A DNA stretch of 64,000 nucleotides from Schmidtea nova (GCA_044892505.1 CM097882.1:572880001-572944000); one strand, 5' to 3'; shown: positions 14,270-27,360, numbered from the stretch's first letter. Translations and numbers: made by a program. Notes: generated by a model not told the origin, from the letters alone.

Positions 14270-15240
14270 ATAATAGACACTCCTTTCAGTAGACCATGTT
14301 CAAGAACTTGCGTACAGAGATGACGGAAAGTCTTTCCAAGTATGTGGCATTACACCCATTACATGTAATTTGATAAATGAGATCTGAACACAATCCAACT
14401 GGAGTTTGCGCTTTACAAACAAACATACTACTCACTTTGTACGAATTGGAGAAAATTCTAAAGTTTAAATCGCTTAATTGCTTTCCTATTTTCCTTTTAT
14501 ACTCTTTAAACCTCTCCGGATACAGCAATACAATCGTGAATTTAGAATTTTCTTGTTTGATAGATGCTATACTGCTATTCATTCCATCATCCAAATTGTC
14601 AGTATTAGTACATTCACACTTACATGGATCATTAGAATTATTTATACATTTATAAACAGTTTCTTCATCATCATCATCAAAATTCTTTTCAAATAACCAT
14701 TTTTTATTAATAGTTCCACTAGTTTATCAATGTTTTTTACAGAATATTTGAAAGTGGAGAATAAACACAATGATATACATCAATCTTTTTACCATATTTC
14801 TCTTATTATTTAAACTCACAAAAACTTTCTGGAGAAGTTTAAAGANNNNNNNNNNNNNNNNNNNNNNNNNNNNNNNNNNNNNNNNNNNNNNNNNNNNNNN
14901 NNNNNNNNNNNNNNNNNNNNNNNNNNNNNNNNNNNNNNNNNNNNNNNNNNNNNNNNNNNNNNNNNNNNNNNNNNNNNNNNNNNNNNNNNNNNNNNNNNNN
15001 NNNNNNNNNNNNNNNNNNNNNNNNNTCGCGTTTGATTAACAGGTGTAAAAACGCTATCGAGGATTGATTCTCGGTTTCCCATGTAAGCACAGTGTTATTA
15101 TGTAAATCATTCATATAATTTAAAATTAGCTACACGCAATCTTGTTTTTAAGATAGTTTTATGGATACCTGAAAATGACAGTGGGTCTGTCTAAATATAT
15201 AGTTCGTATGATGTAAAAATAGCGTTTTCCATTAATAATT
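14270..15240 (-). mobile_element. Penelope-like retroelement fragment (RT C-terminus plus GIY-YIG endonuclease), decayed, spans an N-gap
   Basis: LHNNTVLTWETENQSSIAFLHLLIKR resembles the Penelope RT thumb motif. LIYQITCNGCNATY(L/I) followed by a frameshifted ..EH resembles GIY-YIG. Confidence 0.7.
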
Positions 15241-15404
15241 GACAGTGTTTATAATATATATTTTCCTTCGACACCTTTTTGACATGCCGTCAGTGATACT
15301 TACGACTTCTATTCAATTTTTATTGTTACTTTGTTTCTTTATAATTATCTTGTTTTTTTAATTTTTCTACTATATTCACTTCATCAATGATTAGAGAACA
15401 TAAA

Positions 15405-15836
15405 GGGAACTTCTTAGTTAATGGTGACGATTTGAGAGTTCAACAATAAACGCGTCTTTTGGTAAAGATGACGCTGAAGTGATATTGTTATTTGATATTA
15501 ATATCAATAATTCCCATAATGATAAGACTATAGATCAAATTGTTTTAAATAAGTAAACAATATTTTGATCTAGTCTTAGCATTATGGGAATTATTGATAT
15601 TAATATTTAAAAAGATCAAAGATGAAATGAAAAGATAATTATGATTGTTATTTGAGTTTAGGATGCCAAAAGTTTCAGAAGGACATAACTGATGCTTCAT
15701 CTCGTCAAGTCGGTGAAGGCGTGAGTCAAGGGTCAACTGAAACTTCTGACATCCTCATCTCAAAAACGTCATCTTTACCAAACGACGCGTTTATTGTTGA
15801 ACTCTCAAATTGTCACCCATTACCTTAGGAGTTCCC
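15405..15836. mobile_element. MITE with ~69-bp TIRs, possibly PIF/Harbinger-like; contains a short palindromic-repeat copy
   Basis: gggaact...cgcgtcttttggtaaagatgacg at the left and its near-perfect reverse complement at 15768-15836. The TSD is ambiguous (TAA/TTA context). Confidence 0.75.
15480..15650. repeat. Palindromic MITE-like repeat, centre-deleted copy
   Basis: atcaataattcccataatg...gactatagatcaaa / ttttgatcta...cattatgggaattattgat, plus the family tail. Confidence 0.6.
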
Positions 15837-16632
15837 ATTAATCTAACTGTTAGGTAGATCTAAATATCAAATCTATTTTATTAATAATAATTAATGTCAT
15901 TTATTCACAATCAACGTTTTACGCTTACTAACGGTTTTATTCCAAAAGGTTTTTAACGTAAATTTTTTTTCTTTTTGACAAGTGGTTTCCTAATCATTTT
16001 CAGACTAAGATAGATTACAATGGAAAGGAAAGAATTAACTCAATGAAGTAGTATAAATCCTTCAAGTGTTATTTTATCTATTGCTTTGATATATTTAGTA
16101 TATGACGCTCTCTGCAGAATATTTCTTAACATTTTGCTAGTGATATAACAAGCAATTAAAAAGACTTGTTAAATATATTAAAATCTAAGGATTGTCACGT
16201 CCCTATCCAACGTAACATTGTGTAACTAATAAGCAAAATAAACAGTTCCGACAAAATAAAAATAAATAAAAATCTATGAAACTAAGTCACGCTTCCTCTT
16301 AAAATTAAGCCCTAAAGGATTTGTAATTCAACATTTTCTAGATGAAAAACTTTTCAAAAAACATAATATTCTTTTTTCAAGGGGTGTTTCTATAATATGT
16401 ATGATTTTATCTTTATAAAGAAGCACTAAAGCTAATCAAATTAGAACACTCTTTAGCAAAAACTAACCTACCTGTTCATAACTGATGATTTTTCATTATC
16501 TCTTTTCATACAACTTAACAAATATTTTACTTTTAATATCTCTCATTGTAACCTTTTGCCACATATTTTACCAAGTATCTGTTTTAAAGTCGTGGCAACC
16601 AACATTCAAGCTGTTATAGATTTCATAATTTA

Positions 16633-16674
16633 TGTTGGGGTCAGTATTTAAACCATAAAAGCAAAATCCAAACA

Positions 16675-16756
<82 letters not shown>

Positions 16757-17548
16757 TTAAAATCAAAAAAATTACCAAAATAACTAAAAGTGCAAAACTT
16801 AATTAAAATTTATCAAAAATTAAAAATTAATATTGATTGGAAAAATATGTATGGTTAAGCGCCAAATCATAAGACCAACTCAAAGATAGTAAAAAAAACT
16901 TAGAAAAAAGAAAAAGTCCCTAGAAAAAGTTATTAAGAAATAACTTATTAATTAAAACTAATTAATCACTCAATAGAAAGCCCGAGCCAATGGGAAATTC
17001 GAGCAATGAGGAAAACCCGAGGAGCAAGAAGACCCTTGAGATCAAAGACGGGTAATTATCAGGGAAATTTGAGATGAGCCCATCAGGCGGGTAAACAAAT
17101 TAATCAATAACTATCATCATTAACCCTAAAGATTTGGTTAAATTCATTATTGCTTTGATTCGATAATTCCCGCTCAAAAATAGTATAAAAACAGAGTCAA
17201 ACCAAGACAAAGCCCCAGTTCGTCGAAAACATTTAAGTTAAACTTTCAAAAAACCTTTAGAAGAGTTAAGAAGCGATTATAATAAAACATTACACAATTA
17301 AACGTACCAGAAAAGACGATTATCACTGGGTTATCTGCCTTAACATTAAATCAAATTAATAAACGAAAGAAAGTGCAAATTATTTTAAATTGTATAATTT
17401 CAATAAATTGTAATTAAGGACAATGTGTAATTTGTTGTGACAGTCAAATAAAATTATTTTGTGTTGGATATTATTGATTTTGATATATAAAAGGACATGA
17501 GGAGTCACATTTTGAACCGATATATTATTTAAATAAAACAACCCAACA
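16633..17548 (+). mobile_element. Solo LTR, relative of the 45925-62893 element
   Basis: TGTTGGGG...ACCCAACA termini, 4-bp TSD TTTA on both sides, family motif gaaagcccgagccaatgggaaattcgag, TATA-like agtataaaa, internal (TA)n. Confidence 0.85.
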
Positions 17549-18266
17549 TTTATATGTAGTCCTTTGTTTATGATTTTGAATATATATCATTTAAAGTGCA
17601 TTTTGAGTGGCAACAGCTTCTTGTGTAAATTAAATCTGTAGGTCATTTTAAATAAACAAAAAAACACAAATATTAAAAGACAATATATAAGCAAACTATT
17701 AATTTGTACGAGTAGTTTCTAAAAAAGTAATTAATGTATGAGGTAATATTTTAACATAAGTCAATCATGCAAACTACATAAAATAATAATTTGATATAAT
17801 TTATTTAAACGCTTCACACGTCTGTGGGAGAACTATGTCAAATCTTTTTAGTCCCCTCGACATATTTTCGAGAAATTCGGAACTCTATGAGACCAAAATA
17901 ATAACTAATTGACTATTTTGGTGGAAAATTTTAAATATAGATAGAAGTAATCTCTGCTGACTTACGGTAGTATTGTACTGTAAAAAATTCAACACTAAGA
18001 CTTTAATACTTCTAAATTTTTCAAGTTGGAAACATGTTTATTACACATGCTAACATTATTTAAAAACAAACGAACGAAAGCAAAAATTATGCGTGAGTTC
18101 GTGCGTTGATGGATGATGAGTGACTCATTGACATATTACGATTCATAACGTTTTGTATCGTTTGTATGTTTGCTAAGTGAATTAGCAGACTTACATTTGG
18201 TGAGACCAATTATAATAAAAATGCTTATTTATTTCCATTTTGTCAATATAATATTTTTTCAACGTA

Positions 18267-19561
18267 CGTGGTGCGCCCAATAAGTCGTGAGTCTAATATA
18301 GAAATAATAATAGTAAAAAAATTGATACAGACATATATAAACTTCAACATATATAGGTAAAGAAAATGTATTTTGTTTTTTTATAATCCATTAGTGTTTA
18401 AGTATATTTTTGCGAACATTCGAAAAATGCCTATGGAAACTATTCAATACCGTAGCGTTATTTGCTTTCTCTTTCTGAAAGGAAAAAATAGAGAAGAGGT
18501 TCTTTCTGAACTGAAAGCTGTTTACCAACAAGAGTACCCATCCACAGCAACAATGTATCGTTGGTTCAATTACTTTCAGAGTGGTAGAACCTCCGTGGTG
18601 GACAAAGAAAGATCTGGAAGACCCTCAGAAATTGATGAAAAAATAACGCAAATGCTGCAGACAATCGTGCTAAACGAGAGAAAAATAACGACGAAAGAGC
18701 TCACAACCCGTCTAAATGTGAGCAAAGGCACTGTGCATACTCTCCTCACTGAAAGTGGTATTCGAAAACTATGTTCCCGTTTTGTGCCACGCTTTTTAAC
18801 GGTGGAAATGCGACAACGACGCTTGGAATGCTGCTTGGAGAATCTGCAGATCAGGACCAATGTTGGAGACCGTTTCATTGATAATATCATCACTGTGGAT
18901 GAGACACCGTTGTCCCTTTATGTCTCCTAATCTAAAAGAGAGTCTCAAAAATGGAAACTGCCAGGAAAAAGCAGCTGACTGAAAATGCGGTACTCAACTT
19001 GCCACCGAAAGGCTCTCATGCTGACGGTGTTTTGGGACGCCAATGACATTATTCTGACCTACTTTGGTGAATCCGACCTGAAGATCAATAGTTCTTACTA
19101 CTCCAACATTGTGCAGCATGTAAGGAAGGCACGACGCAAGAGCATAGTGCGTGATCTCTATTTCTTTACACGATAATGCTCCCATCCACACCAGCAGCGT
19201 TTCTATGGCCAAAATTGAGCGTTGCGGGCTCAATTTGCTTCCCCATCCATCATACAGCCCCGATTTGGCTCCCTCCAATTTTTTCCTGTTTAACCATCTT
19301 AAGAAGCATCTGCGGGGCCAGGTGTTTGCCAACAAACATGATTTGAGAGCAGCCATGGAGAGTTTTCTGGGAGAAAAGCCTCCAGAATTCTTCAAAAACG
19401 CCTTCAAAAACCTCGTTATTCGCTGGGAAAATTGTGTCAGTGCAGAAGGAAATTATTTTGAGATATGATGCCTATTTACCGTGCTTGTTCTAAATACAAA
19501 GTTTTGTGTTGATATCTTAAGTTTTTCTATTTTGGTCTCACGACTTATTGGGCGCACCACG
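18267..19561 (+). mobile_element. Mariner (Tc1/mariner) transposon, 1295 bp, defective
   Basis: 25-bp perfect TIR cgtggtgcgcccaataagtcgtgag. TA on the left, AA on the right. Length typical of mariner. Confidence 0.95.
18427..19468 (+). pseudogene. Mariner transposase pseudogene
   Basis: N-terminal HTH region (WFNYFQSGRTSVVDKERSGRP), ITVDETP, HDNAPIH, YSPDLAPSNFFLF. Stop at 18928-18930 and a frameshift near 19150-19170. Confidence 0.9.
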
Positions 19562-20056
19562 AAGATACTACTGCAAAAGGAGCATTTCGTCTGGAATGGT
19601 TAACAATTTATCCTTGGTTAGGTTACTCTGCCGCTGCAAAAGGCCCATTTTACCGCTTGTTGGTATTGTTTCAACCTGTAGTACATTGCAGTTTATTTGG
19701 AGCATTTATTGTAAAGCCATGCGTTCAATATAATAAATTTAATGAATTGGCAAAAGGTTATGCATCCACCCAATGGCATCGTGATGCAATGAAACAATCA
19801 GAAAATTTTCTTAGAGTAGCATAAGTGAAACAAGCAAACGTATATCAACTTTTAGACAGTGCTCATGCCAAAGAATTTGATGCAAATAGAGTGAAACTTC
19901 GATCTATAATAGCTTCGATGTTTTTTGTGCGTGTCATGATCTTCTTTTTTGTGGCAAAACTGACTATGGGGCTGTACTCACAGACTTACTTCATTTTCGA
20001 GTGAATTCTGTAGATAAAATTTTGCAACAGCACTTAGAATCAGGGGCTAAGAATGC

Positions 20057-20093
<37 letters not shown>

Positions 20094-22650
20094 TCAGTCC
20101 CAAAATGAAATTATTGATACTCTACAAAGTTCTTTGAGAGAAACATTGATCAATGAAGTTAAAGAAGCTCATGTTTTCTCTGTTTTAGTCTATTAAACTG
20201 CTGACATTGCAGGGATAGGACAGATATCTATTGGAATTCGCTACTTATATCAAGATGAAAATAATATATTCAAAATTCATGAAATATTTATGGGATTTTC
20301 TGCTCTATCTGACTTAGATGCCAAATCTATATCTAAGGTAATAATGAAGACAATACAAGATTTAGGTCTAAATCTTAACCTTTTGGTTGGTCAAGGATAC
20401 GATGGATGTGCTACAATGTCTGGTCAAATAGGTGGGGTTCAAAAATTAATACGAGACTTTTACCCTAAAGTAAAAGTTTTTTCATTGCGCAAGCCACCGT
20501 TTAAATCTTGTGATTAATGACACAAACAAAGTGAATGAAATAAGAAATACCGTTGGGACAATTAAGGAAATAATAAACTTTTTCCAGGAATCTACTCTAC
20601 AAAGAAATATGGTGACCAATATTCCATTACTATGTGAAACTCGCTGGTCTGCTAAACATAAAGCAATAAGAATCTTTAAAGAGAAATTTAAAGAAATAAT
20701 TGTTGCTTTGAAAAATATTGCTGAAAATGGTAACTCACAAACAAGGCAAAAAGCACACATGCTTTACACTGCAGCAACTAATAATATTTTTGTAGTAGCA
20801 CTGCACACAATTGCTTTATATTCACCAAAATTAGAACCAGTTACTACTGCGTTGCAAGAAGTTCAACTTGACCTGCAATCTCTCAATACAGAAATTGGCA
20901 AGCTAATGAAGATTTTCCATCGGCACAGAGAATATTCAGGATAAAATTTCAAACTTATCTTTCAAGATATTAATAAATCATGTGACTTAATGAATATTGA
21001 CCTTAAATTACCCCATATTGGAAAGATAATGACACACAAATCCAATCAACCAGCAGATTCTATTGAGGAGTATTTTAGAAGATCGATTTTCATTCCTTAT
21101 TTAGATTCGATTATTTGTGCCTTGAATGAGCGTTTTTTGATAGCCATAGTACACCCTTTTTGCTTTTGCAACTGCACCCACATGAAATGAAATTGTTGAC
21201 AAAAACTAATTTTTTAAAGATTGCAACATATTTGGAACAGTTTTATTGAAATCTTTTTATGGATAACTTTTTTAGTGAAGCTTCTACATGGTATGAAACT
21301 TACGCTGAAGATGAAGTGGATACATCAAAGGTGGAATATATAGATTTATTAGATAAGGCTAAAAGATTTTATCCTGCAATTTTTCAAGCTATTAAAATTG
21401 GCCTCACTCTGCCAATCACAAAATGTATGGTGGAATGCTCATTTAGGACATTACGAAGAGTAAAGACATGGACAAGGTCAACCATGACAGAAGAACGATT
21501 GTTAGGTTAATGTATGATGAGCGTACATAGAAAAAGAATTAATGGCAACGAAGAATTTGTGAACGCTTCCATATCAAAGTTCGCAGAGAAACCGAGAAGA
21601 TTAGAATTTTTATTTTTAGAAAATGACAAAAATAAATGACAGGTTTAATTTAAAAATCTTATTCTGTTTTGCAAGAGTTATTTTATTATTTTGTTTTAGA
21701 CTTATTTCTTTGATATTCATATTATATAAATGAATTTTTTAGAACGTAAAGTTTGTTTTAATGTGTCAATTAAAATTTCAAAAATTTTGTATTGTGTTGG
21801 GCTATTATTCTGCTAAGATCGGTTTACTGACCTAACTCCTTGTGCTCTTTAATGATCGAAATCAATGAACCCAACACAGAACAATTAATTCACGATCAAC
21901 ACAAATTACAATTTTTGTTATGTACACTTCTGATCAATTTACTCTCTCTTCCGGATTCGGATTTGATTCTTTAGTTAAAGGATAATTTTTCACTTTGTCT
22001 TTCTCGAAATCCTCAGGATCCCTCTTTGTTTGTTTTCAACACTTGTTAATATTTTCGTTTTAACTGTCAACTTGTCGGCCCCGTCCTCTGCTATGCACTG
22101 CCTTTTCTACCTCTCGCAATTAACAATTAAATTTTATCAATATCTAAAAGTTATCCAATCTCAGGTTTAATTGTTTTACTAACAAATTATTTTGATTGTC
22201 CTCGGGTTGATTTTCCCTAATTGCCCTGCGCAATTTCCCGACTTTGATCTCTCGGGTCTCTCCGCGCTCGGGCTTTCCTCATCGCTCGGGTTTCCCCTTG
22301 CCTCGGGCTTCCCATTGTCTCGGACTTTCCATTGAGCGATTAATTAATTTTAATTAGTTTGTTTTTACTATATAACTTTCTCTGGGGACCCCTTACTAAA
22401 TTTCTATTATTATTTTTGGGTTCGTCTTTTGATTCGGCATTCAACCATACCCATTTCCCCCAATGAATATTAATTTTAAATTTTTGATAAATTTTAATTA
22501 ATTTTTGTACTTTTATTTATTTTGATATTTCTTTGCTTTTATTATTCTTTCTTGTTACTTTTGTGATTTTTATACTAACCCCAACAATTGTATTATTTAG
22601 AAAATGAAATAGGTGCACTTGCACCACCTTGCACCTCCCTGCCAACGCCC

Positions 22651-22653
<3 letters not shown>
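19562..22653 (+). mobile_element. Decayed hAT transposon (PRKRIR/ZMYM1-like transposase)
   Basis: Fragments: TTF-type zinc finger remnant (EWLTIYPWLGYS), GQGYDGCATMSG, LCETRW, ECSFRTLRRVKTWTRSTMTEERL. Many stops and frameshifts. GC-rich TIR-like end ...ccctgccaacgcccatg at 22653. Confidence 0.8.
21795..22586 (-). mobile_element. Solo LTR, same family, inserted in the 3' subterminal region of the decayed hAT
   Basis: tgttggg...ccccaaca termini, 4-bp TSD ATTG on both sides, four inverted copies of the ggaaacccgag-type motif. Confidence 0.85.
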
Positions 22654-22727
<74 letters not shown>

Positions 22728-23191
22728 CGGAGAAATAAGTAAAGTATTTGCAGTAATATAATACTATAAAATAGGAACAAATTGGTACNNNNNNNNNNNN
22801 NNNNNNNNNNNNNNNNNNNNNNNNNNNNNNNNNNNNNNNNNNNNNNNNNNNNNNNNNNNNNNNNNNNNNNNNNNNNNNNNNNNNNNNNNNNNNNNNNNNN
22901 NNNNNNNNNNNNNNNNNNNNNNNNNNNNNNNNNNNNNNNNNNNNNNNNNNNCTTTCCATTTTAAGCAGCATTCAGTTCTCTATTGACTTCTTTACTATTG
23001 CCTTTCATCAAGAGAAAACGAATAACACTGCGATATGGCATGCTTTCTATGGACATTTTAAAAAAAGTGCTAATTTTTTTTAATGAAATAATATCTCATT
23101 AAAAAAATAGCAGTAGACTGAATATTTATTAACAGTTTTGTTTATTTCATTTATTTACTTTTATAAGAGTCTCACTAGCTAATGGTACACC

Positions 23192-26100
23192 CAGGCCCGG
23201 CGCTAGAGTATTTGGCGCCCTAGGCAAACTAAAAAAATGGCGCCTCTAGTTTAGAAACAAACCCAATAATTAAAGAAGTAAATGAAAATAAAATAACTAT
23301 ACTTCATTTATTTATTACACAAAAATATATATAAAAACAAAAACCATTTAAAATTTAATTTTTCGTGCTTATAGTTTAGCGAAATCTTCAAGCAGCAACT
23401 TCGTATCTATATCAAGCGCCATTTCGTGTTCAATCGACAATATTGCTAATCCCACAAGCCGTTCTTGTGACATTGTAGATCTTATATATGTTTTGATCTG
23501 TTTAAGCTTCGAAAAGCTTCGTTCACCGCTTGCCACAGAAACTGGTAGGGTTAATAAAATTCGCAAAGCAACAAATATATTTGGAACGCTGTCCACTATA
23601 TTATTTTTACAAATATAATTAAGTACATCTTCCGGCAATAAGTTTTTTGGAATATGTCTAGCTATAAATATCAATTCGTTCAATAAATCTGTACCATCAA
23701 TATCTTTAGAATCATCGTGCCGTAAAAAATTTTCCAGTTTAAGACAATCCTCTAATATTTTCTTTGACGAAATATATTGCAAATTATGTATGTTGTATAG
23801 AAATCCAAATGTTGAATTTATCGTTGACATTTGGGTGAATCTTTGCTCAACAGATTTTAAAGCTCTATCCAAAACTGCGAAGTAAAAGCTGATCTTAAAT
23901 TTTTCTTTTGGGTTCTGAATGGGCTCATCGTTGGCTTCATATTCGAACTTTTTTTTTTGTTTTCTGATACGCTGAGTTTGTTTAAAGATTGGGGAAATTT
24001 CTGATTCTTCAGCAAGTTCTCGCGCATCTACCAATATTCTTTCAAAACCTTCATCATTTCGGGAGTTGAATAGAAATTTTTTGGTATCTTCTAGTAGCTT
24101 AATAGCATCTTGAATATTAATTTTCTTAGATTGAAGTTGTTTGCTTGTAATATTTATGTTGAAAAGAATATCATACCAGATAATAACAGAAACTATAAAC
24201 TCGAAATTCGAAATAGCTTTAGCAAGGCCCTGTGCTTCTATACGTGAAGTATTACCAGAAACTCCTGTTTGAGAAGTATCTTGAAAAATATCAATAAGTG
24301 CAGCAATAACTTTACTTAGCTGATAGCGTAGAGGTTTAAGGGCATCGATTCGGCTCTCCCATCTTGTATCGCTCAATGGCTTCACTGTCAAGTTTGAAGC
24401 ATGACGTTTTAAAACTTCCCATCGACGTGTTGAAGCGGCAAAATAGACATATATTCGTTGCACTAACATAAAAAATGATGTAGCATCTAAACAACAGCTT
24501 ACAGCGTCATTAACAACCAGATTCAATGAATGCGCAGAACAAGGAACAAATAGTGCTCGTGGATTTAGATTCAGAATTCGCCGTTGCACGCCATTTTCTT
24601 TGCCTTTCATATTGCTACCATTATCGTATCCTTGGCCACGCAAGTTCTCAATAGGTAATGACATATCTGCTAACATCTGAACGATTTTATCGGTCATACC
24701 AGCACCAGTTGTATCTGTTAGTTTCACAAATCCCAAAAAATGTTCTCTTATGCATATGGGATCTAAATCACAATTTTCTGTATTTGTATGGACAAAACGA
24801 ATAATCAACGTCATTTGTTCAGTATGGCTAACGTCTGGTGTGCAATCCAGGATTATTGAAAAATATTTAGCCATGGAAATCGATTTAAAAATTTTTGTTT
24901 TAATACTCTTAGATAAAAGTTGTATTAACTCATTCTGAATATCTTTTCCCAAATAATGAACTTGTGTTTCATTGTTCTTTATTCTGCGAAGATGCTCACC
25001 CATAATTGGATCAAAAGAGGCCAAATATTCTACAAAGCTAAGGAAGTTTCCATTTCCAGGAGAATACAATTTTTCATTGATTCCGCGAAATGCAATATTT
25101 TGCGTAGCAAGCACTTTAACTAGACCTATAAGACGCTCTAAGACTTGTTGCCAGTGTCTCTCTTCTTGTTTTATGAGACGCAAATTATCCTGGTCAATAG
25201 TTTTATTCTTTTTTAAACGCAATTCTAGCTCCTTCCAGGTTTGAAAATTAATTAAATGATCCTTATTTTTCTCATGTCTTTCTAAAATTACAGACATATT
25301 TTTCCAATCGCTTGATCCTTTCTCGGAGAGATGTATTACACGTTGGTTATTATTAAAAATTTTGCAACAAAAGCAGAATGCCGAATTAGTTGTTTTGGAA
25401 TACTGTAGCCAATGACGCCGCATTTCTTCTCCATTTGCAAGTCTCCTTCTATAAAAATTCTTTGAAAATTTTCTATGGCTCTCATTTTGAGGAAAATCAA
25501 ATTCTTCAATTTGTTCTGATCCGTGTTCAACCAAAATTTGCCTCAAACGGTCAGAACGTAATTCATGTGAATTTAACCAAGTTGCCGGATCACTATAATC
25601 AAGACTCGAATTTACGCTTTCTAATATTTCCAAAGTTTCATTAATTAAAATTTCTTCAGTGTCTTCTATAGTTTCTAATACAATTTCTTCTATAGGTTCT
25701 TCAACAGTTTCTTCAATTGTTTCAACTTCAGTTTCTTCTATAGTTTCTTCCACATTCGTATGTGGAAACTCAGTCAAAATAGGCACCTCTGCATTTCTAG
25801 TTGTAGAGTTCCTATCCATTTGCTCTTCCAAATTGCAGTCTACTTGTTTTCTCGGAGTCATTTCATTTCGATTTTTATCTTGTGATTGTTGACGACAAAT
25901 ATATTTCAGAAAAGCACCTTCTTGCTTTTTTTCTTCATTTTTCTTTTCAGCTTTACGTTTTCTATTTTGTGCGCCAGATAATTTTTTTCTATCTGCCATT
26001 ATGCTACCTCAAGTAAAAATTAATAGAATATAATAGATTTAATAATAGGTTTTTAAAAATCCAATATAAATTAACTTACTGTGTTGTATATATGTAAAAA

Positions 26101-26649
26101 TTATACTGGAAGTACGACCGAAATTATATATACTTTAAATAAAAAAAATTTGAGCCCTGCACTAATTAAATTTTATTTTTTTTTTCACTTTCTGTTTATT
26201 TATTTTTTAACTTTTTTAACATTTACTTTAGTCTTTTAAAACTTTACTGCATGTGACTTTATTCTTTTAAAATAAAACTAAAAATTATTGCGTAATTTAA
26301 AAAAATTTCAGAGCATGCTATATGCTAAATTTTTTTTAAAACCGCTTTTCAGTTAACTTTTTTAAACTTGCAAAATATTTTTTTAAATCGATTTTCAGTT
26401 GTATTTTTTTAAATTTTAAAAGAAATAAGTAATCGGTATCGGACTAAAACAACGATGGAATTATATGTTTTACGTACATACATATATATATACAAATTCA
26501 TACATATGTATATATCAATATAAAGATAGAAAGTTTATAAAATATTTAATTTAATTTACTTGACAAAAAAAGCAGAACTATTTGGCGCCCACTTGTAAAT
26601 CGGCGCCCTAGGCAGCTGCCGACGTCGCCTATGCCTAAAACCGGCCTTG
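23192..26649 (-). mobile_element. Full-length hAT DNA transposon, 3458 bp
   Basis: Perfect 8-bp TSD ggtacacc (23184-23191, 26650-26657). TIRs caggcccgg / ccggccttg (imperfect). ggcgcc subterminal repeats. One long ORF. Confidence 0.97.
23369..25999 (-). CDS. hAT transposase (ZMYM1-like/DUF4371 type), 876 aa, lacking the last 7 aa
   Basis: TTF zinc finger (WLQYS...AFCFCCKIF), SIILDCTPDVSH, GQGYDNGSNMKG, CSAHSLNL, DTRW and the C-terminal ASGERSFSKLK dimerisation motif. Acidic low-complexity N-terminal repeat. Confidence 0.9.
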   Translation of the reverse strand: MADRKKLSGAQNRKRKAEKKNEEKKQEGAFLKYICRQQSQDKNRNEMTPRKQVDCNLEEQMDRNSTTRNAEVPILTEFPHTNVEETIEETEVETIEETVEEPIEEIVLETIEDTEEILINETLEILESVNSSLDYSDPATWLNSHELRSDRLRQILVEHGSEQIEEFDFPQNESHRKFSKNFYRRRLANGEEMRRHWLQYSKTTNSAFCFCCKIFNNNQRVIHLSEKGSSDWKNMSVILERHEKNKDHLINFQTWKELELRLKKNKTIDQDNLRLIKQEERHWQQVLERLIGLVKVLATQNIAFRGINEKLYSPGNGNFLSFVEYLASFDPIMGEHLRRIKNNETQVHYLGKDIQNELIQLLSKSIKTKIFKSISMAKYFSIILDCTPDVSHTEQMTLIIRFVHTNTENCDLDPICIREHFLGFVKLTDTTGAGMTDKIVQMLADMSLPIENLRGQGYDNGSNMKGKENGVQRRILNLNPRALFVPCSAHSLNLVVNDAVSCCLDATSFFMLVQRIYVYFAASTRRWEVLKRHASNLTVKPLSDTRWESRIDALKPLRYQLSKVIAALIDIFQDTSQTGVSGNTSRIEAQGLAKAISNFEFIVSVIIWYDILFNINITSKQLQSKKINIQDAIKLLEDTKKFLFNSRNDEGFERILVDARELAEESEISPIFKQTQRIRKQKKKFEYEANDEPIQNPKEKFKISFYFAVLDRALKSVEQRFTQMSTINSTFGFLYNIHNLQYISSKKILEDCLKLENFLRHDDSKDIDGTDLLNELIFIARHIPKNLLPEDVLNYICKNNIVDSVPNIFVALRILLTLPVSVASGERSFSKLKQIKTYIRSTMSQERLVGLAILSIEHEMALDIDTKLLLEDFAKL

Positions 26650-26960
26650 GGTACACCACACATACCGACATCGTGAACCGACAAAATTTAAATTATATCT
26701 TATAGATCAGTAATTATACCTTAATTATTTTATTATTTTTTAAAAATATTCTCCTACCGACAAACAAAAAATTTTGATATTTTTATTTAAAATAATAATA
26801 ATAATAATCTACTCTGATTTATTTACTAAAATTTTAAGTATAACATTTTGTAACTAAAATATATTCAATCTAAAAATTAAAAGTTTAAAAAAATGTTTTT
26901 TCTCTACTATGTCAAATATTATCCTAAAAATTATAGATATATATATATATATATATTTTT

Positions 26961-27089
26961 TCACCTTTGATCTTTTTTATTATTATTATCAATAATTCTC
27001 ATAATGACTTGATAAAGGCTGTGCCGAAATATTGTGTTATTGTTTATAAAAAAAAAATTTGATCTATAGTCATTATGAGAATTATTGAT

Positions 27090-27159
<70 letters not shown>

Positions 27160-27360
27160 ATAATTATCTTTTTCCACCTTTGATCTTTTTTTATTATTAT
27201 TATCAATAATTCCCATAATGAATGACTATAGATCAAAAATTTTTTTTAAACAATACCACAATATTTCGGCACAGCCTTTATCAAAAAATACACACTTGAT
27301 AAACGCTGTGCCGAAATATTGTGGTATTGGTTAAAAAAAATTTTGATCTATAGTCATCAT
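26961..27360. repeat. Palindromic MITE-like repeat, two adjacent copies joined by (TA)n, runs into an N-gap
   Basis: Reverse-orientation tail tcacctttgatct and arms gactatagatcaaaa...ggcacagcctttatcaa / ttgataaacgctgtgccgaaatattg...ttttgatctatagtc. Confidence 0.7.

Noticed and set aside
22517-22780. IYIYIY-type ORFs (also 26961-27236) and poly-N/poly-L ORFs at 59967-60210
   Set aside because: Translations of (TA)n and (ATT)n microsatellites.
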